Shown here: piece by piece, positions 33,025 to 43,453 of the stretch | How positions within the stretch are numbered: position 1 is the stretch's first letter | How the letters are laid out: each line of letters opens with the position of its first letter | NCBI GenBank assembly: GCA_038321985.1 | Contig: JBBQFN010000003.1 | Span: 224,001 to 288,000 of the forward strand | Length of the DNA: 64,000 nucleotides | DNA from: Cyanophyceae cyanobacterium | GTDB taxonomy: Bacteria > Cyanobacteriota > Cyanobacteriia > Cyanobacteriales > Laspinemataceae | Reading direction: 5' to 3' | Translations under genes and position numbers: made by a program | Notes under the pieces: generated by a model | Databases searched by the model: none | Seen by the model: the letters and a program-made list of their open reading frames with translations, nothing else | Told to the model about the DNA's origin: nothing

Positions 33025-33176
33025 CCATTGGGAATCTAAATAGTCCAGTTTTCAATTTAACAAATTGGCGGGAAGATTGGCAGGGTGAGAGCATCTTTAA
33101 TCCATCGCCAACCCCGTTTATGTTCAGCGATTAAAGTGAACGGTTAACCAGTTGAGTGAACTCAAGAAGAAACTAG

Positions 33177-34472
33177 ATGAAAATGCTAAGGGAAGTAAAA
33201 TGTGGAGGAAATCATTACCCAATCAGCCAAACCAGACTGCATCAAACCCCTTATTATTTAAGGTTATATTGCTGGATTTCATGCTTGACTTTTCTGGGAT
33301 TTAATGCATTAAATGTCCAGGCACAACCTGAAAATTCTGCACCGCCCCTGTTGCCTCCGAATCCATTGGAAGTGCTGATACCTGACCCATTAGTGCCGAA
33401 TCCACCGAAGAAAAATCAATCCTTAACTCCTGAACAACTGAGGGAATTAGAGTTTGCTTTAAATGTTTTAAATGCAGAAGCATTGGCCGAGTTAGCAGCG
33501 GGAAATAGGGTAGAAGCCTTTACGATTTGGTATCGCGAATTGCGCTTGTGGCGTTATTTTGGACCGTTGCCGGAGGTGCGGGCTTTAACTCGGGTGGGGG
33601 CGACTGCCTGGGAACAACAAGAAATTACGGCATTGCAATCTATTGATGCTCGCCTAAAGGTCATTTATCAGGAGTATTGCATCGGTCCTCAAATTTGTGA
33701 ATTGCCACTTTTACAAGGATTAGTAGCGGGATTTGAAACCGTGCGATCGCGGGATTTAGCCATCACCGTTTATCAGCAACTCCTCACCAATGCCCGCGAT
33801 CGCAATGATCCATCCGCAGAAGAAACGATTCTCACGAATATGGCCCGCCTCTATCTGGAAAAGTTGGATTATATCAATGCCGCAACTCCCTATCAAGGGT
33901 TACTTTCTTTTGCGGTACAACGAAGCGATCGCCTCCAAGAACTTTCCTATCTCGAACAACTGGCTTTTATTTACACTCAGGCGAATAATTCCGAAGGGGC
34001 GATCGCCACTCGGCAACAACTGGTCAACCATTATAGTAACCCCCAAGATATTCGCAAAATCCCCCAACTTCAGTTGGCGATCGCCACGGATTATGAACGT
34101 CTCGGTCAACTGCAACCGGCAGTCGCCAGCTACGAACAAGCCTATACCTTAGCCTGGACTCAACAACAATTTTATATTGCTAGCGACGCTCTCGAACGCC
34201 TAGCCAGCCTCTATACCACCCTAAACCAATTCGATGCCGCCTTAGAAGTTTATGAAGCATTATTAATCGTTGAACGGCGGGCTTACAACTTATATGGGAT
34301 AATGGATACTTACGATCGCATCGGTCAAATTTATCGACAACAAAATGCTAACTCTGAAGCTATCCAAGCCTTTCAAAATGGTCTGGATATTGCCCGACAA
34401 CTGAAATATCAAGAGGCATATTTTACCGAACAAATTGATCGACTCGTTCGCCGATCTCGCGAAACTTTCTAA
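33177..34472 (+). CDS. TPR-containing exported protein
   Basis: Hydrophobic leader, Pro-rich linker, helical TPR-like repeats; start uncertain. Confidence 0.75.
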   Translation: MKMLREVKCGGNHYPISQTRLHQTPYYLRLYCWISCLTFLGFNALNVQAQPENSAPPLLPPNPLEVLIPDPLVPNPPKKNQSLTPEQLRELEFALNVLNAEALAELAAGNRVEAFTIWYRELRLWRYFGPLPEVRALTRVGATAWEQQEITALQSIDARLKVIYQEYCIGPQICELPLLQGLVAGFETVRSRDLAITVYQQLLTNARDRNDPSAEETILTNMARLYLEKLDYINAATPYQGLLSFAVQRSDRLQELSYLEQLAFIYTQANNSEGAIATRQQLVNHYSNPQDIRKIPQLQLAIATDYERLGQLQPAVASYEQAYTLAWTQQQFYIASDALERLASLYTTLNQFDAALEVYEALLIVERRAYNLYGIMDTYDRIGQIYRQQNANSEAIQAFQNGLDIARQLKYQEAYFTEQIDRLVRRSRETF

Positions 34473-34475
34473 TCT

Positions 34476-35933
34476 ATGTTGCAGGATCATACTCAAGCCC
34501 CCTTATTAGAAACCCTCACCCAATGTGCGGGCAAACCCCACGCGCCCTTCTATGCACCGGGACACAAACGGGGGCGAGGAATTCCCCAATCTTTGAGCAA
34601 CCTGTTAGGAACATCGGTATTTTTAGCCGATTTGCCCGAACTACCGGAACTGGATAATTTATTTGCTCCCACTGGGGCGATCGCTGCATCCCAGGAACTC
34701 GCTGCTGATGCCTTTGGTGCTGCCCAAACTTGGTTTTTAGTCAATGGTTCTACGGCGGGAATAATTGCCGCGATTTTGGCAACTTGTGCTCGGGGAGATA
34801 AAATTATCCTGCCGCGTAATGTCCATAAATCGGTAATTTCTGGGTTGATTTTATCCGGTGCATTGCCGATTTTTCTCCCCCCTGAATTCGATCCCCTGTG
34901 GGATTTAGCCCTCAGTATCACCCCGGAATCGGTGGATCAGGCATTAACAGCCCATCCTGATGCTAAGGCAGTGATGATGGTTTACCCCACCTATCAAGGG
35001 GTTTGTGGGGATATTGAGGCGATCGCCACCCTCACCCACCAATTCGACATTCCCCTGTTAGTGGATGAGGCCCATGGCCCTCATTTTGCTTTCCACTCGG
35101 ATTTACCCACATCGGCCCTGGTTGCTGGGGCGGACCTATCCGTGCAATCCATTCACAAAGTCCTTGGGGCCATGACCCAGGCATCAATGCTGCATATCCA
35201 AGGCGATCGCATTGATGTCAATCGCCTGACTCAAAGTTTGCAATTAATCCAGTCCACCAGTCCCAGTTATTTACTCCTGGCTTCTTTAGATGCAGCGCGG
35301 CAACAAATGGCACTACAGGGTGGGGAGTTAATGACCCAAACCCTTGCCCTCGCCAGTCGCGCCCGAGAGGAGATTGCAGGGATACCAGGGTTATCTGTGT
35401 TAAGTCCCCCAGAACCAAAAATTCCGGGATTTTTCGCCGGCGATCGCACCCGTCTCACCGTCGGGGTGCGGGGGTTGGGACTCAGTGGGTATCAAGTCGA
35501 TGAAATACTCCACGAACAACTCGGGGTCACCTGCGAATTACCCTCGTTGCACCATCTAACCTTTATTATCAGCTTGGGGAACAGTCCCGCAGATATTGAC
35601 CAACTCGTGCAAGGTTTCTCCACCCTATCCCGAGATTATTGCCACAGTGCGATATCTGTTTCCTTTCCTCCTCTCCCCCCGTCTCCCTCCCTATGCCTAT
35701 CCCCTAGGAATGCTTTTTTCGCTGAGGTTGAAGTAATAGCGATTGGAGAGGCGATCGCGAGGGTCAGTGCTGAGTTAGTATGTCCGTATCCCCCAGGGAT
35801 CCCGATTTTGATGCCCGGAGAGGTGATCACCCTAGAGGCCGTCACCTATTTGCAACAAGTGCTTGCCCATGGAGGTATCCTAACCGGATGTAGCGATCCG
35901 ACTCTAACCACCCTAAAAGTTGTTAGAACTTGA
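34476..35933 (+). CDS. Orn/Lys/Arg decarboxylase family PLP enzyme
   Basis: PGHK, VNGST, PRNVHKS, DEAHG, QSIHK, STSPSY, PYPPGIP. Confidence 0.92.
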   Translation: MLQDHTQAPLLETLTQCAGKPHAPFYAPGHKRGRGIPQSLSNLLGTSVFLADLPELPELDNLFAPTGAIAASQELAADAFGAAQTWFLVNGSTAGIIAAILATCARGDKIILPRNVHKSVISGLILSGALPIFLPPEFDPLWDLALSITPESVDQALTAHPDAKAVMMVYPTYQGVCGDIEAIATLTHQFDIPLLVDEAHGPHFAFHSDLPTSALVAGADLSVQSIHKVLGAMTQASMLHIQGDRIDVNRLTQSLQLIQSTSPSYLLLASLDAARQQMALQGGELMTQTLALASRAREEIAGIPGLSVLSPPEPKIPGFFAGDRTRLTVGVRGLGLSGYQVDEILHEQLGVTCELPSLHHLTFIISLGNSPADIDQLVQGFSTLSRDYCHSAISVSFPPLPPSPSLCLSPRNAFFAEVEVIAIGEAIARVSAELVCPYPPGIPILMPGEVITLEAVTYLQQVLAHGGILTGCSDPTLTTLKVVRT

Positions 35934-36179
35934 TAACCCCTAGAAAAATCATCGGAAAAAAGGTTAAAAATATTACGATTAAATCCCTTATTTAATCCTC
36001 TAATTTTCAAAATCAGACTGAAAAAATTGTTCAATTAAAGCCCTTTAAATAAAAATAAGAAAAATAGAGAGCTAAGTTTTTAAAATTATTTTTCAAAAGA
36101 AAAATAGATATCTTGATAAATTAACTTTGCCGTAAAATTTTCACTTAAAATTTCACATAAATATTTGATAAATTTTCTT

Positions 36180-36782
36180 ATGGATTCTGCACTCTGGCCT
36201 TACATTACCCCGGGTATTGCTGATGATTTGTTTGAGCGTTTGCCGGGAATTCCGATGAGCAAACGGGAAACGAGATTGCTTTTACTCTCCCATCTACGCC
36301 TGCAATCTGAGTCCGTATTGTGGGATATCGGGGCAGGAACCGGGACAATCCCTGTGGAAGCCGGATTACTTTGTCCAAAAGGTCGAATTTTAGCCGTAGA
36401 ACGAGATGAGGAAGTCGCGGCCTTAATTCGTTCTAACTGCGATCGCTTCGGGGTTACCAATGTAGAAGTAATCGAAGGCAGTGCTCCGGAATGTCTCGGC
36501 GAGTTGCCCCATCCCCCGAATCGTGTCTGCATTGAAGGAGGCCGCCCCATGAAAACCATCTTAGAGAAAGTCTGGTCCTACTTACTCCCCGAGGGTCGAG
36601 TCGTTGTCACAGCCGCGAGTCTCGAAAATCTGTATGCCATTTCTGAAAGCTTTGCTGAGTTACAAGTCCGGAATGTTGAGGTCGTACAGTCCTCATTCAA
36701 CCGCTTAGAAGGAAGGGGGACTCATCAAACTTTTGTTGCGGTTGACCCAATCTTTATTCTTAGTGGAGAAAAGCTCGATTGA
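36180..36782 (+). CDS. cbiT: Precorrin-6Y C15-methyltransferase CbiT
   Basis: PMSKRETR, LWDIGAGTGTI, EGSAP, IEGG. Confidence 0.88.
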   Translation: MDSALWPYITPGIADDLFERLPGIPMSKRETRLLLLSHLRLQSESVLWDIGAGTGTIPVEAGLLCPKGRILAVERDEEVAALIRSNCDRFGVTNVEVIEGSAPECLGELPHPPNRVCIEGGRPMKTILEKVWSYLLPEGRVVVTAASLENLYAISESFAELQVRNVEVVQSSFNRLEGRGTHQTFVAVDPIFILSGEKLD

Positions 36783-36846
36783 AATTAAGCCCGGGTTACC
36801 GTGCTCACGTTGGTTGCTAATACTAGATTGATTATAAAGTTGTTCT

Positions 36847-37728
36847 ATGCCTTTGTCTCGAATTCTCAGTACCATTGTGGCTCTAATCTTAGCCCTAGGG
36901 ACGACCTTTTTAGGGGGTTGGTACTTTACGGTCGGCTTCTCCATCCTAGTCTGTCTTGCCCATCGGGAATACTTGGAACTGGTTCGTGCTAAGGGGATTT
37001 ACCCGGCAGCGAAAACGAGCTTATTTTTAAGTCTGGCGCTGGTGGTGATTTCTACTCTGGATTCCCAACTGACGGACGCACTCTTGCCGATCGCCGGAAC
37101 CTGTATTTGTTTCTATCTGCTATTTAAAACAAAAATGGCGACGATCGCCGATTTAGCCGCCTCCATTCTGGGCTTATTTTATATCGGCTATTTACCGAGT
37201 TTTTGGCTACGCTTACGCACCTTAGGGTCCGAGGCAGCCAGTAACTTCCCCTTGGGGGGCTATTGGCCCAATACCTGGCCGTCTTTCTCCGAACTGCCAA
37301 CGGGGTTAAGTGTGACGTTGCTTTCGTTTGCTTGCATTTCTATGGCTGATTCTGCCGCTTATGTAGGTGGCAAATGGGTCGGGCGGACTCATTTTTCCGC
37401 TATCAGTCCTAAAAAGACCGTGGAAGGGGCAGTGATTGGGGTACTCGGGAGTGTGATTTTGGCAACCCTAGGGGCAAAATATTTGGGTTGGCCCCTGTGG
37501 CAGGGAACAGGGGTAGCCTTTGGGTTGCTGCTTGGGATTGCCAGTTTAATGGGGGATTTAATCGAGTCTCTGATGAAGCGTGATGCAGGAGTGAAGGATT
37601 CCGGTACCCTGATTCCAGGTCACGGAGGAATCCTAGACCGCGTAGATGGTTATATCTTTACAGCTCCTTTTGTTTATTACTTTATTACCCTACTGTTGCC
37701 CTTGTTATCTCAAGGGCTAGGGTCCTAA
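36847..37728 (+). CDS. cdsA: Phosphatidate cytidylyltransferase
   Basis: SPKKTVEG, GDLIESLMKRDAGVKDSG, PGHGGILDRVD. Confidence 0.95.
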   Translation: MPLSRILSTIVALILALGTTFLGGWYFTVGFSILVCLAHREYLELVRAKGIYPAAKTSLFLSLALVVISTLDSQLTDALLPIAGTCICFYLLFKTKMATIADLAASILGLFYIGYLPSFWLRLRTLGSEAASNFPLGGYWPNTWPSFSELPTGLSVTLLSFACISMADSAAYVGGKWVGRTHFSAISPKKTVEGAVIGVLGSVILATLGAKYLGWPLWQGTGVAFGLLLGIASLMGDLIESLMKRDAGVKDSGTLIPGHGGILDRVDGYIFTAPFVYYFITLLLPLLSQGLGS

Positions 37729-37736
37729 GGGAAACC

Positions 37737-38531
37737 TTATGGGAGAACGGTCAGTTGACCTTGGCAGAGTAGCCCAGTTTCAGTAAAGCAGAGTTCTGAA
37801 ATTGCCACGTCAGAACCCAGGGGTAAAATAACGGTTTCTAATGGCGTTACGGCTGAGTCTGACAAAATTTGAATGGTGGGATTGACAAAATGCAATTCCT
37901 GAGTGCTGGCAAGTTGCAACCCGCTTCGCAGTAAAAAAGTTTGGGAGTCTTCTAAATGCCAGTGTAAACTCCCACGCAGAGTCAGGGTTTGTTCAGGGGA
38001 AACCTGGGCCGCGCCCTCCCAGATGAGGGTAGGTTCAAACTCCCAGGACAGGGCAGCGGCTAACTTAGGAAGGAATAATTGAGTTAACGCCTCAGCGATA
38101 AGCGGCGATCGCATTGAGGCATTCAGGTCGGCTTCCGTTAAATGTAGCCTTGCTAGCACCTGTACCGGGTCCTGAAGGCGCAAGGACTTCCCGCGCAGAA
38201 TGTCCAGCAGATTGATGCGAATGCCGGTCCCGCTGACCTCCAGGGTGCTCAGATGCAGACCTTGATAGATGGCATCGGACCCGCAGATAGAGACCTGGGG
38301 AATGAGGCCCTGGAGGATTTGCCGATCGCCTCCGTTAATTTTCACCTCTAGTTCCCCTACGGATTCCACCTGCGATCGCAACCACAACTGCACAGCGCTG
38401 GAGAGGACCCAACCGATGCGAGCACGGGAGGGGCTAATCGGTTCACTAAAGGGTAAACCGTCTTCTCCTCGGGAGAATTCGGGGCGATCGCCTGACAAAC
38501 GCGCTGGTTTTATAACGTTCTCCTCACTCAT
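37737..38531 (-). CDS. DUF2993/LmeA-like protein
   Basis: VLSSAVQLWLRSQVE, LTEADLNAS..SPL; ATG at 38531 preferred. Confidence 0.75.
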   Translation of the reverse strand: MSEENVIKPARLSGDRPEFSRGEDGLPFSEPISPSRARIGWVLSSAVQLWLRSQVESVGELEVKINGGDRQILQGLIPQVSICGSDAIYQGLHLSTLEVSGTGIRINLLDILRGKSLRLQDPVQVLARLHLTEADLNASMRSPLIAEALTQLFLPKLAAALSWEFEPTLIWEGAAQVSPEQTLTLRGSLHWHLEDSQTFLLRSGLQLASTQELHFVNPTIQILSDSAVTPLETVILPLGSDVAISELCFTETGLLCQGQLTVLP

Positions 38532-38798
38532 AAATATTTCAAATCCAATTCCACCGTAGCGAGGCCCCCGAATAATTAATGTCAGCGACTGGGTGCGAAA
38601 TGTTGGGGTCTCAACCACAGCCCTCAACCGGGCTAACCCAGGGTTTTATTGCTTCTAACCCCTAGTCTTTCGTTCCGACCGCTTGTATTCTCCACGATCC
38701 TGTAATATTTGTACATAGTTCAGTATGGCAACCCGTCAGATGGACTCAACTCCCAAAAACTTTTAGAAAAAAGCGAAAAACGCGCAGCCGTCCAAAGC

Positions 38799-39593
38799 AT
38801 GGATGCTAGACTGCAAAAAATCCTATCCGAATGGGGCATTGCCTCACGCCGTCAAGCTGAAAAAATGATCGAACAGGGACGGGTCCAACTGAATGGCGAA
38901 ATTGCCCACCTCGGTCAAAAAGCCGATCCCCAACGCGATCGCATCCAAGTCGATGGCGTTCCAGTTAACCCATCTCATCGTCCTGATCCGATTTACTTGT
39001 TGTTGCACAAACCCACCGGGGTTGTTTCCACCTGCGCCGACCCCCAAGGTCGCACCACCGTGCTAGACCTCCTGCCTGCTGACTTACGGCAAGCGCAGGG
39101 CATCCATCCAGTTGGCCGTTTAGACTTTGACTCCACCGGAGCCTTACTGCTTACCAATGACGGAGAACTTACCTTCCAACTCACCCATCCCAGGCATAGT
39201 ATTCCCAAAACCTACCAAGTAACCGTCGCTGGAGAACCCCGGGAATCCGCCTTACAAGCATGGCGTCGCGGTGTCGTCCTAGATGGCAAAAAAACCCGAC
39301 CGGCCCCGGTTCGTGTCCTCGACTCCCCAAACCCTTCCCAAACCCTTCTCGAAGTTATTCTCTTTGAAGGGAGAAATCGCCAAATTCGGCGGGTTGCTGA
39401 CTTGCTAGGATACCCAGTCATTCACTTACACCGCACGGCAATCGGCTCTATTCTTCTCAACCCACCCGGGGAAGCTCCCTTGCCCCACGGCCACTACCGC
39501 TCCTTGAAACCCTCTGAGATATGTTTCTTACAAAGTCAAGTCTCCCTAAAATCCTTAAATTTGCCAGCAGACGCTCAGGAACCGACCCGATGA
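38799..39593 (+). CDS. rRNA pseudouridine synthase (RsuA/RluB family)
   Basis: S4 RLQKIL...SRRQAE, HKP, VGRLD, EGRNRQIRR. Confidence 0.93.
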   Translation: MDARLQKILSEWGIASRRQAEKMIEQGRVQLNGEIAHLGQKADPQRDRIQVDGVPVNPSHRPDPIYLLLHKPTGVVSTCADPQGRTTVLDLLPADLRQAQGIHPVGRLDFDSTGALLLTNDGELTFQLTHPRHSIPKTYQVTVAGEPRESALQAWRRGVVLDGKKTRPAPVRVLDSPNPSQTLLEVILFEGRNRQIRRVADLLGYPVIHLHRTAIGSILLNPPGEAPLPHGHYRSLKPSEICFLQSQVSLKSLNLPADAQEPTR

Positions 39594-40384
39594 AGAAGCA
39601 TCACCATAAACCCATCCTGAAACCAGAGCAGGATCCATCGGTCAAGTTAGCCGAGATGGGTGCTTATTTACGGCAAGTGCGGGAGTCTCAGTCGATAACC
39701 CTAGAAGAAGTCGCCGCGAAAACTATGATTCGGGTGAGTCTACTGCAATCAATTGAAGAAGGGCAACTTTATAAGCTCCCCGAACCGATTTACATTCAGG
39801 GTTTTCTCTTGCGTTTTGCTGAGGCTTTGGGTTTAAACGGCGTGGAGTTTGCCAAAACTTTTCCGATCATTTCGACTTGGCGAAAGCGGAAACTACCTCA
39901 GTGGTATTTACCCATGCCTAAAATCCGGCCCATTCATCTGTACCTGATTTATATTCTTTTAATTATGGGTGCCGTCAAAGGGTTGTCTGGATTTGTCGAA
40001 ACCACGGCGGTACAGGAATCCACTGTTCAAGAAACGGAAACCGCTAAGGGTGTAGTCAGTTCGGACCCAGCTAGCGCTGAAAAACCCACCCTCGACAAGG
40101 TAGCGGCTCCAACCCCGGGGGCAGCTCCGTCTAATTCCAACGCTCCTGTCAGGGTGGGACTGATTGTTCAGGATAGTTCCTGGGTTCAAATTATCGCCGA
40201 CGGCAAAACCGAATTTGAAGGGATGTTGCTCCAAGGGACCGAACGGACCTGGGAAGCCAAGCAACAACTGGTGATCCTAGCTGGCAATGCCGGAGGGGTA
40301 CTCGTTGCCGTCAATGACGAGCAAGCCAAGCTCATGGGCGAACCCGGTGTTGCTGAAGAGGTGATCTTTCGGGCCGAACCCTAG
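39590..40384 (+). CDS. rodZ: RodZ-like protein (HTH - TM - DUF4115)
   Basis: GAYLRQVRE..LEEVA..IEEG..LPEPIYIQGF, TM helix, SWVQI.ADG, GNAGG. Confidence 0.85.
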   Translation: MKKHHHKPILKPEQDPSVKLAEMGAYLRQVRESQSITLEEVAAKTMIRVSLLQSIEEGQLYKLPEPIYIQGFLLRFAEALGLNGVEFAKTFPIISTWRKRKLPQWYLPMPKIRPIHLYLIYILLIMGAVKGLSGFVETTAVQESTVQETETAKGVVSSDPASAEKPTLDKVAAPTPGAAPSNSNAPVRVGLIVQDSSWVQIIADGKTEFEGMLLQGTERTWEAKQQLVILAGNAGGVLVAVNDEQAKLMGEPGVAEEVIFRAEP

Positions 40385-40452
40385 GGTATTGAGACAGTAG
40401 AAGGGAGACAACCGGGTTTCTTTACAACTTTCTTTGAGCCGTGAAACCCGAT

Positions 40453-40569
40453 TTTTTGTCCTCTGGATCTAATCCGGTTACCCTGCCTAGTATTGCCTGC
40501 GGCCATAGGTTTTTGTCCTCTGGATCTAATCCGGTTACCCTGCCTAGTATTGCCTGCGGCCATAGGTTT
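40453..40569. repeat. 57-bp tandem duplication spanning the malQ stop codon
   Basis: TTTTTGTCCTCTGGATCTAATCCGGTTACCCTGCCTAGTATTGCCTGCGGCCATAGG present twice. Confidence 0.92.
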
Positions 40570-42046
40570 CGGTCAGCAATTTGAGGCGATCTCGAAGGTC
40601 CCAATTCAGGACTTCCCCTCGATAACGCCATCCCCAATTCCCTTCCGCTAGCCCCGGGGTATTCATCCGCGCATCGCTCCCTAACCCCAACAAATCCTGC
40701 AAGGGGATCAGGGCTTGATTCGCGATCGAGGACATCGCCTGTCGAATTAATTGCCAGTGAATGCCCTCCTCAGAAATCGGTCCCAAATAGGCTTCCAGAC
40801 ACCACCGTTCGTGTTCTGAGAGTTTTTCAAACCATCCCACCGTCGTATCGTTATCGTGAGTCCCGGTATAAACGACACAGTTGCGTGAGTAATTAAGGGG
40901 CAAATAGGGATTTCCCGGACCGGATCCAAAGGCAAAGTGTAAAATTTTCATCCCCGGAAACTCGAACTCGTCTCGCAGGGCCTCCACTTCTGGGGTAATC
41001 ACTCCTAAATCTTCAGCAATAATCGGTAGGGTGCCTAAGCGTTCTTCCACGGTCTTCAATAACGCCGAACCCGGGGCCGAAATCCACTTCCCTTTCAGGG
41101 CCGTGGTTTCCCCTTGTCTAACGCACCAGAACGACTCCAGCCCCCGGAAATGGTCAATGCGAATGATATCCACATAACTGAGCATGGATTGGAAACGCTT
41201 CACCCACCAATCAAAATTCTGCTTTTCCAGACGCTTCCACAAATAGACCGGGTTACCCCATAATTGTCCCGTCTCACTGAAATAATCCGGCGGCACTCCC
41301 GCCATTCCTGCCGGTTCTCCCGTTTTGAGGTCCAAACAAAAGATGTCTGGATTGGCCCAAACATCGGCGCTATCGTGAGCGACATAAATCGGGATATCCC
41401 CAATAATTTGGATACCTCGTTCGTTAGCGTAGCCCTTGAGATCCGACCATTGCCGGAAAAATTGATATTGCAAGAATTTCTGGAAAAAGATTTCTTCGGT
41501 TAACCTTTGTCGCCACTTGTTGAGTTCTTCCGGTTCCCGCTTCGCTAGGGCTGGTTCCCACTGATACCAGCTTTTTCCACCCAATACACTTTTAATTGCC
41601 ATGAATAAGGCGTAATCTTCGAGCCAATAGGCTTTTTCATGGCAAAATTCTTGAAATTGCTGTTTTTGCTCAGAAGAAGCCTGTTCTTTAAAGGTTTGAC
41701 AGGCTTGTTCTAACAGGGGCATTTTAATCGCGATCGCCCGCTCAAAATCTACCCAATCCGCTGGAAACTCCGGCACTTGGTCAAAATCCCAGCCAGCGAG
41801 CAATTCATCGCCTCGTAACTGATCGGGACTAATTAATAACGGATTTCCGGCCATCGCGGAATAGGACAAATAGGGAGAATTACCAAATCCCGTAGGCCCT
41901 AGCGGCAAAATCTGCCAGTAAAGTTGGTAGCTCTCTGCTAAAAAGTCAACGAAGCGATAAGCTGCCTCGCCAAGGTCACCGATACCAAACCGACTGGGAA
42001 ACGACGTGGGGTGGAGTAGAATACCGCTAGATCTGGGAAAGGGCAT
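40544..42046 (-). CDS. malQ: 4-alpha-glucanotransferase (GH77)
   Basis: RSSGILLHPTS, GVPPDYFSETGQLWGNP, RIDHFRG, AEDLG, YTGTHDNDT. Confidence 0.96.
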   Translation of the reverse strand: MPFPRSSGILLHPTSFPSRFGIGDLGEAAYRFVDFLAESYQLYWQILPLGPTGFGNSPYLSYSAMAGNPLLISPDQLRGDELLAGWDFDQVPEFPADWVDFERAIAIKMPLLEQACQTFKEQASSEQKQQFQEFCHEKAYWLEDYALFMAIKSVLGGKSWYQWEPALAKREPEELNKWRQRLTEEIFFQKFLQYQFFRQWSDLKGYANERGIQIIGDIPIYVAHDSADVWANPDIFCLDLKTGEPAGMAGVPPDYFSETGQLWGNPVYLWKRLEKQNFDWWVKRFQSMLSYVDIIRIDHFRGLESFWCVRQGETTALKGKWISAPGSALLKTVEERLGTLPIIAEDLGVITPEVEALRDEFEFPGMKILHFAFGSGPGNPYLPLNYSRNCVVYTGTHDNDTTVGWFEKLSEHERWCLEAYLGPISEEGIHWQLIRQAMSSIANQALIPLQDLLGLGSDARMNTPGLAEGNWGWRYRGEVLNWDLRDRLKLLTETYGRRQY

Positions 42047-42262
42047 GGTGTTATGTACCACTGGAAAATAACTTCAGAGGGGTAGCCCAATATCTCACCG
42101 GGCTAACGACTCTAAACTTTATCATGGTACGGGACACTTTCCAGCGGCGATCGCCGGATAGAGACTCGATTGTAAATCAGCCTTGATTCACTCCCTGACT
42201 CATCGCGCCGGTAAACTCCCCAATCTAACAACCCTTTAAAATCACGACTCTAAAATCTAACC

Positions 42263-42691
42263 ATGACCTATCGCAATCCCACTCCCACTGTTGACATCAT
42301 TATTGAGTTAGCCGATCGCCCCGCACGTCCTATTATCCTGATCGAGCGTCGCAATTCTCCCTTCGGCTGGGCTATTCCCGGCGGTTTTGTCGATTATGGG
42401 GAAGCCGTGGAAGCGGCGGCTATCCGTGAAGCGAAAGAAGAAATTGGTTTAGATGTAGAACTCATCGAACAATTTCATGTTTATTCTGACCCCAATCGGG
42501 ATCCCCGTCAGCACACCCTGAGTGTGGTCTTTTTAGCAACTGCCACAGGCGAACCCCAAGCAGCAGATGATGCCAAAAATTTAGACTGTTTTGAATCATG
42601 GCGCATTCCCACTCCCCTGTGTTTTGACCACGATCGCATCCTCAAAGATTATTGGCGATACCGACACTATGGCATCAGACCCCGGATTTAA
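42263..42691 (+). CDS. NUDIX hydrolase
   Basis: Nudix box [23 protein letters not shown]. Confidence 0.93.
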   Translation: MTYRNPTPTVDIIIELADRPARPIILIERRNSPFGWAIPGGFVDYGEAVEAAAIREAKEEIGLDVELIEQFHVYSDPNRDPRQHTLSVVFLATATGEPQAADDAKNLDCFESWRIPTPLCFDHDRILKDYWRYRHYGIRPRI

Positions 42692-43453
42692 GGCGAGGAC
42701 CATCTGTAGCTGTTGAGCATTTAATTTGAAGACATTAGAAAAGCTAGAAGATCGCCCTCCAAGAGGGTTGATTGATCTCTTTTCCTTAGATACTTAGATG
42801 CTAAACAGCTTACCTGGGAATTGATTTCAACTGTGCTTAACTCCTAACCAAATAGACCCCTTGCCGAAACAGGTCTATTTTTTAGGGGTCTTTATTCCTA
42901 CTCCATTCCTAATTCCTGCCGATCGCCTCATTCGTCTTTAATGTCCAAAATCACGTAACCGAGCGATCGTTCCGCTGCTATTTTTCTATGAAGACGAAAT
43001 ATTAACAAACTCTCAAAGCCTTATCACTCAAAGTGATTCAGATTTTGATTAAGCTCATCCTTAAACCAAGGAAAAATTCCCAGGACAGGATTCGCACGGA
43101 GCTTTCCCATCCCCAATTGCCAAAGCACTCTCAACCTTGACTTACAATAGAGTTTTTAATCTCTGCTCAACCAGAAGGACAGGATAGTGGCTCAACCTCA
43201 CCCTCAACCCTACAAAACATATTATTTATTATTTATTGGTAAGAGATGCCATGGCAATAATAAACTTATTATTTTATTTTTAAATCTTTTGAAAAACACA
43301 TTTAAATCCCCTCGAACTTCTCTGGACTTTATAGTAAATATCTCGTAAAAAGTCATCGTTATTTCAGAACCTTATAACAAATTAACCCAGTTTAACTATA
43401 AAAAAATAGTCGGTCAACGGGTCGTAACATTCGTAATGTAAAAGGGGAGGGGT

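Noticed and set aside
35935..36175. Very AT-rich tract as possible replication origin or cobalamin riboswitch
   Set aside because: No DnaA-box cluster or riboswitch core recognised; probably promoter DNA
40381..40637. ORFs with repeated peptides (MAAGNTRQ..., LWPQAILGR...)
   Set aside because: By-products of the 57-bp duplication overlapping malQ
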